NCBI RefSeq assembly: GCF_001194135.2
Contig: NC_068989.1
Coordinates: 47,387,625-47,435,763 of the forward strand
Origin: Octopus bimaculoides
Lineage: Eukaryota
Reading direction: 5' to 3'
DNA: 48,139 nucleotides
Shown in pieces: positions 46,838-48,139 of the stretch (position 1 is its first letter; each line of letters opens with the position of its first letter). The position numbers and the translations under genes are program-made. The notes below the pieces were generated by a model. The model was not told where the DNA came from. It searched no databases and saw only the letters and a list, made by a program, of their open reading frames with translations.

Positions 46838-47899
46838 TTCAAATAATCCCTAAATACATATATATAAAAGATACATAGGTACATATGTGGTTTGTCTAAT
46901 AGAGAGAGAGCGACTATGCTTAGTGTTATCAATTTAACAGGCTTTGCAAAATATAAACTATATACAGTTGTCCCAGTCGAGACCGTTTAAATGTTTTAAT
47001 TACTAATAAATCCATTCTTTTTTAAAACGAGAATCGATTAGTAAACGGAATTTAGCGTAGTTTATTATTACACTCCCGTTCTTTGAGTTGAAATGTTAGT
47101 AGAAAATATTGTTAGATGTCAGGTGCTAGTTGTAATCACAGTCATCGTCTTTAAACAGAACTGCGCCGAAGCTTGAAGCACCACGCAAAACTGCACAGAA
47201 GCTATTTTCAGAACGAAATGTCGTTTTCTACAAAGAAAATTTTCGAAGCACAAAGATGTAAGCTTCTCTGTAAAAAAAGAACTGATTGACATAACATACT
47301 CGGATAACACCAGACAAACTACTAGAATATTCATTGTAGTAGGTTAAACTGCAGTTATAACATTCCAGTTATCTGAAGCTTAACACCACGGGAGGGATAA
47401 TTTTCACTGGTTATACATTCATGGGCCAGCAGGCTACTGCAAAACATAGTACTCTAAAAATTACCCAGACTGTAAGCCCGACGGAACTCAGAAGTATGCT
47501 CATCACTCAGAATAAAATAATTTGTTCTTTTTTATTTTTTTTTTGGTCGGAATATTTTCAGTTCTAAATGCCTTCTCCCTAAGCCTGAATTCGAAACACA
47601 TTCATTGTAGTCAACAATATCTCAGTTCATGGACTAAAAATATTTAACGATTAAATAAGCTGGTAACTAGTATTATTTAACAGAGACCAGAGTACAGCCA
47701 CACATAAAATCATTTGACCTATCTCTGAGATGAATGATGGTAATGTTCATCGGTGCATGTATGTGGAAAAATACATATGAAGGGTGAACGATTATCAAAT
47801 AAGATATCAAACAACTGATAACGCTTGATAAACATTTGATAAATTGTGATTGTGTTATATATATAAGCGGTGGAAAGACAGTGTATGTATGACTATTTA

Positions 47900-48085
47900 T
47901 TAATTTATACATACATTAATATGTATAAATGTTCATACATTTATACATACATATATGTATGTATACACATACATACATATATGTATAAATATTTATGTGT
48001 GTGTGTGTGTGTGTGTATAAAAATATGTGTGTATGTATTATGTATTACGCATGTATGTATGTATCCATTTATCTATCTATCTATT

Positions 48086-48129
<44 letters not shown>

Positions 48130-48139
48130 TATATATATA
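47900..48139. repeat. Compound (TACA)/(TG)/(TATC)/(TC)/(TA) microsatellite
   Basis: Direct sequence. Confidence 0.9.

Overview
This 48 kb window is AT-rich, repeat-dense eukaryotic DNA with about a dozen N gaps. The microsatellite load, SINE families and LINE types look like an octopus (coleoid cephalopod) genome; this is inferred from recalled sequence patterns and was not searched. No intact protein-coding host gene can be supported, and most ORF-track entries are translations of microsatellites or N runs. The window is mainly a transposon graveyard. It holds one Tc1 and two maT/mariner-type DNA transposon relics, TA-flanked Tigger-like MITEs, four or more tRNA-derived SINE families, a 5'-truncated Tx1/L1-clade LINE and a LINE 3' end with three decayed C2H2 fingers. 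It also holds a cluster of R4/Dong-type (restriction-like endonuclease, RLE) non-LTR retrotransposons from four distinct families stacked head-to-tail, mostly in (TAA)n arrays (19.8-26.7 kb). The most unusual feature is a 436-bp element nested in the Tc1 copy (3698-4133). It has 100-bp terminal inverted repeats, TG...CA ends and an apparent ATAT duplication, and it carries a Penelope-type minimal hammerhead ribozyme fold. A second, different hammerhead-like fold lies about 1 kb downstream (5007-5064). A 153-bp local inverted duplication (30269-30960) would form a long dsRNA hairpin if transcribed.
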